DNA of 9,840 nucleotides from a virus (Duplodnaviria; Heunggongvirae; Uroviricota; Caudoviricetes): IMG/VR virus record IMGVR_UViG_2728369593_000015; one strand, 5' to 3'. Shown piece by piece: positions 6,767 to 9,840 of this stretch (position 1 is its first letter; each line of letters starts with the position of its first letter). The notes under the pieces were generated by a model. It saw only the letters and a program-made list of their open reading frames with translations, ran no database searches and was not told where the DNA came from. The position numbers and the translations under genes were made by a program.

Positions 6767-6908
6767 TATGTTCCACCATATTTAAGCATTCATATATACA
6801 ACGCTCACACACGTGAACTTCCAGCACATGCAGCTTCTGACCGCAGTTAGCGCACGTTAAAGCTCGCTCGACACTTCCTTGTTCGTAACTTCGATTTTGG
6901 TCAATCAC
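6729..6908 (-). CDS. ninF: NinF-like small Cys-rich protein with divergent C-terminus
   Basis: Not in the ORF track (under 60 aa, GTG start). Minus-strand translation from GTG 6908..6906: [59 protein letters not shown]. The core [22 protein letters not shown] matches my recollection of lambda NinF. GTG overlaps the ninE stop (GTGA). The tail runs into the AT-rich HNH insert. Confidence 0.5.
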
Positions 6909-7087
6909 CTTGTTTTCCTCGCACGTTCTCTAAGCCACCGGATATCCCACAGATGAGCCGTGTAGTTGAAGGTTTTTACGTCAGATTCTTTTGGGATTGG
7001 CTTGCGTTTATTTCTGGAGCGCTTCGTTGGAAGGTATTTGCAGTTTTCGCAGATGATGTCGGTGATACTTCGTCGCTGTCGTCTCAT
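6905..7087 (-). CDS. ninE: NinE-like protein
   Basis: Track ORF 6905..7147. Preferred start is the ATG at 7087..7085, overlapping the ninB stop (ATGA), giving 60 aa: [60 protein letters not shown]. Size and position fit lambda NinE. Confidence 0.6.
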   Translation of the reverse strand: MRRQRRSITDIICENCKYLPTKRSRNKRKPIPKESDVKTFNYTAHLWDIRWLRERARKTR

Positions 7088-7524
7088 GCCGCCCTGTCTC
7101 CCCATCGCGCTTTCCATTCGAGAGCTAGTCGCGCTTCGTCTGACCACTTAACGCCACGCTCTGTACCGAATGCCTGTATAAGCTCTAATAGCTCCGCAAA
7201 TTCGCTTACACGCATCCTGCTGGTTGACTGGCCTATTACCACAAAGCCATTCCCGGCAAGGTTAGGAACAACGTCCTGCTGCTTTAATGCTGCGGTAAAC
7301 ACACACTTCCAGCTTTCTGCATCCAGCCAGCGACCATGCCATTCAATCTGACGCGAAACGTCACCAAGGCAAGCCCAAAGCTTTCGATTCTGGTCTAAGC
7401 TGCGGTTGCGTTCCTGAATGGTTACTACGATTGGTTTGGTTGGGTCTGGAAGGATTTGCTGTACTGCGTGAATAGCGTTCTGCTGATGTGCTGGAGATCG
7501 AATTTCAAAGGTTAGTTTTTTCAT
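7084..7524 (-). CDS. ninB: NinB (Orf) recombination mediator protein
   Basis: Track ORF 7084..7542. Preferred start is ATG 7524..7522 ([59 protein letters not shown]...), 146 aa, preceded by GGGGGAGAGGGAAG. Sequence matches my recollection of lambda NinB/Orf. Confidence 0.8.
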   Translation of the reverse strand: MKKLTFEIRSPAHQQNAIHAVQQILPDPTKPIVVTIQERNRSLDQNRKLWACLGDVSRQIEWHGRWLDAESWKCVFTAALKQQDVVPNLAGNGFVVIGQSTSRMRVSEFAELLELIQAFGTERGVKWSDEARLALEWKARWGDRAA

Positions 7525-7540
7525 GACTTCCCTCTCCCCC

Positions 7541-7572
7541 AAATAAAAAGGCCTGCGATTACCAGCAGGCCT
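7541..7572 (-). terminator. Intrinsic terminator between the replication gene and ninB (tR2-like)
   Basis: Perfect inverted repeat AGGCCTGC (7549-7556) / GCAGGCCT (7565-7572) with an 8-nt loop. On the minus strand the hairpin is followed by TTTTTATTT. Sits exactly where lambda tR2 lies, upstream of the nin region. Confidence 0.6.
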
Positions 7573-7601
7573 GTTATTAGCTCAGTGATGTAGATGGTCA
7601 T

Positions 7602-8243
7602 TTAATACTCCGTCACGTTTTCCTGTCGCCACGACTCGTCATATTCCGATTTCGGCATATTGGCGATGTAGCTATATGGCGATCCCGATTCAAGTTGCAG
7701 GAACTGGTGCGATTGCTCGTCAAGGAACAACGGGACACCACCTTCCCAACCTTCGCCGTTACGTTGTTTTTCAAGCATCAAAACAGATGCCGGAGATGCC
7801 AGTAGCTGTTCGTCCTTCTCTGACATCTTTTCACCACTCTGAACTCTCTGTAACGCTCTCTCGCGAGCCTTGTTACGCCAGATGATGAAAAGGTTGTCTG
7901 TCAGGTCTGTTATCGCTCCAGAGCCTTTTACGTCCATTTTCCCGGTTGGTTTTTCTTCGCTGTCTCCTTTTCGCGAGTGAGTAACGAGAATGACGTGGGA
8001 GTTTGTTTTGTTTTTGAAGTCGCAAATCGAGTCAACAAACGCCTTCTGCCCGTTATAGTCATCGTCGCCTATGCCACATTTCATCAGGCTGTCGATGATG
8101 AATAACTGGATGCCGTATCGGCGGCGAGCGTAGTCGAATATTTCGATCAGCCTGTCGGCTTTCGCCGTTCCGGTCAGGCCAAACACCCAAAGTCTTTCGT
8201 CATAAAATTTAAATGCAGAGTCAATTTCCAGCACTGGCGGCAT
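7602..8243 (-). CDS. DnaB-family replicative helicase, C-terminal fragment (N-terminus apparently removed by IS21-family insertion)
   Basis: 213-aa ORF with a RecA-like core: Walker-B-like LFIIDSL, VILVTHSRKG, H4-like KGSGAITDLTDNLFIIWRNK. No Walker A. The reading frame opens only 7 codons upstream of the first Met, at the IS left end (about 8263). Confidence 0.6.
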   Translation of the reverse strand: MPPVLEIDSAFKFYDERLWVFGLTGTAKADRLIEIFDYARRRYGIQLFIIDSLMKCGIGDDDYNGQKAFVDSICDFKNKTNSHVILVTHSRKGDSEEKPTGKMDVKGSGAITDLTDNLFIIWRNKARERALQRVQSGEKMSEKDEQLLASPASVLMLEKQRNGEGWEGGVPLFLDEQSHQFLQLESGSPYSYIANMPKSEYDESWRQENVTEY

Positions 8244-8262
8244 CTTGCAGCACGTCGCCTGA

Positions 8263-9840
<1,578 letters not shown>

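Noticed and set aside
6953..7351. Plus-strand ORFs 6953..7351 and 6966..7151
   Set aside because: Antisense to ninE and ninB, which match recalled lambda proteins and show ATGA coupling.
7084..7542. Longer N-terminal extensions of ninB (to 7542), ninE (to 7147) and the Q-like gene (to 2114)
   Set aside because: The internal ATGs have better RBS or translational-coupling context and give products of the expected length. The extensions are probably read-through of upstream sequence.
7676..7885. 69-aa plus-strand ORF
   Set aside because: Antisense within the helicase fragment.

Overview
This window reads as a segment of a defective lambdoid prophage (E. coli-like Enterobacteriaceae backbone), with its genes on the minus strand running from high to low coordinates. 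The order is: DnaB-type replicative helicase remnant, tR2-like terminator, nin region (ninB, ninE, ninF, an AT-rich HNH-AP2 homing-endonuclease insert, a small membrane-anchored ORF, ybcO/DUF1364, rusA carrying an in-frame amber codon, ninH), a Q-like late antiterminator with a pR'-like promoter and terminator, and an AT-rich polytopic membrane-protein moron. A plus-strand AT-rich moron between ninH and Q encodes a probable outer-membrane lipid A 3'-O-deacylase (LpxR-like). Two insertion sequences interrupt the prophage: a complete IS629-like IS3-family element (4916-6223, 3-bp TTG target duplication) and the left part of an IS21-family element (about 8263 to window end) that abuts and apparently truncates the helicase gene. 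All three interrupted transposase ORFs (IS629 orfB, IS21 istA, istB) carry single-base indels in short homopolymer runs, while no phage or moron gene shows an indel. No tRNA, rRNA or CRISPR array was seen. All identifications rest on reading the translations and recalled family features; none was checked against a database.
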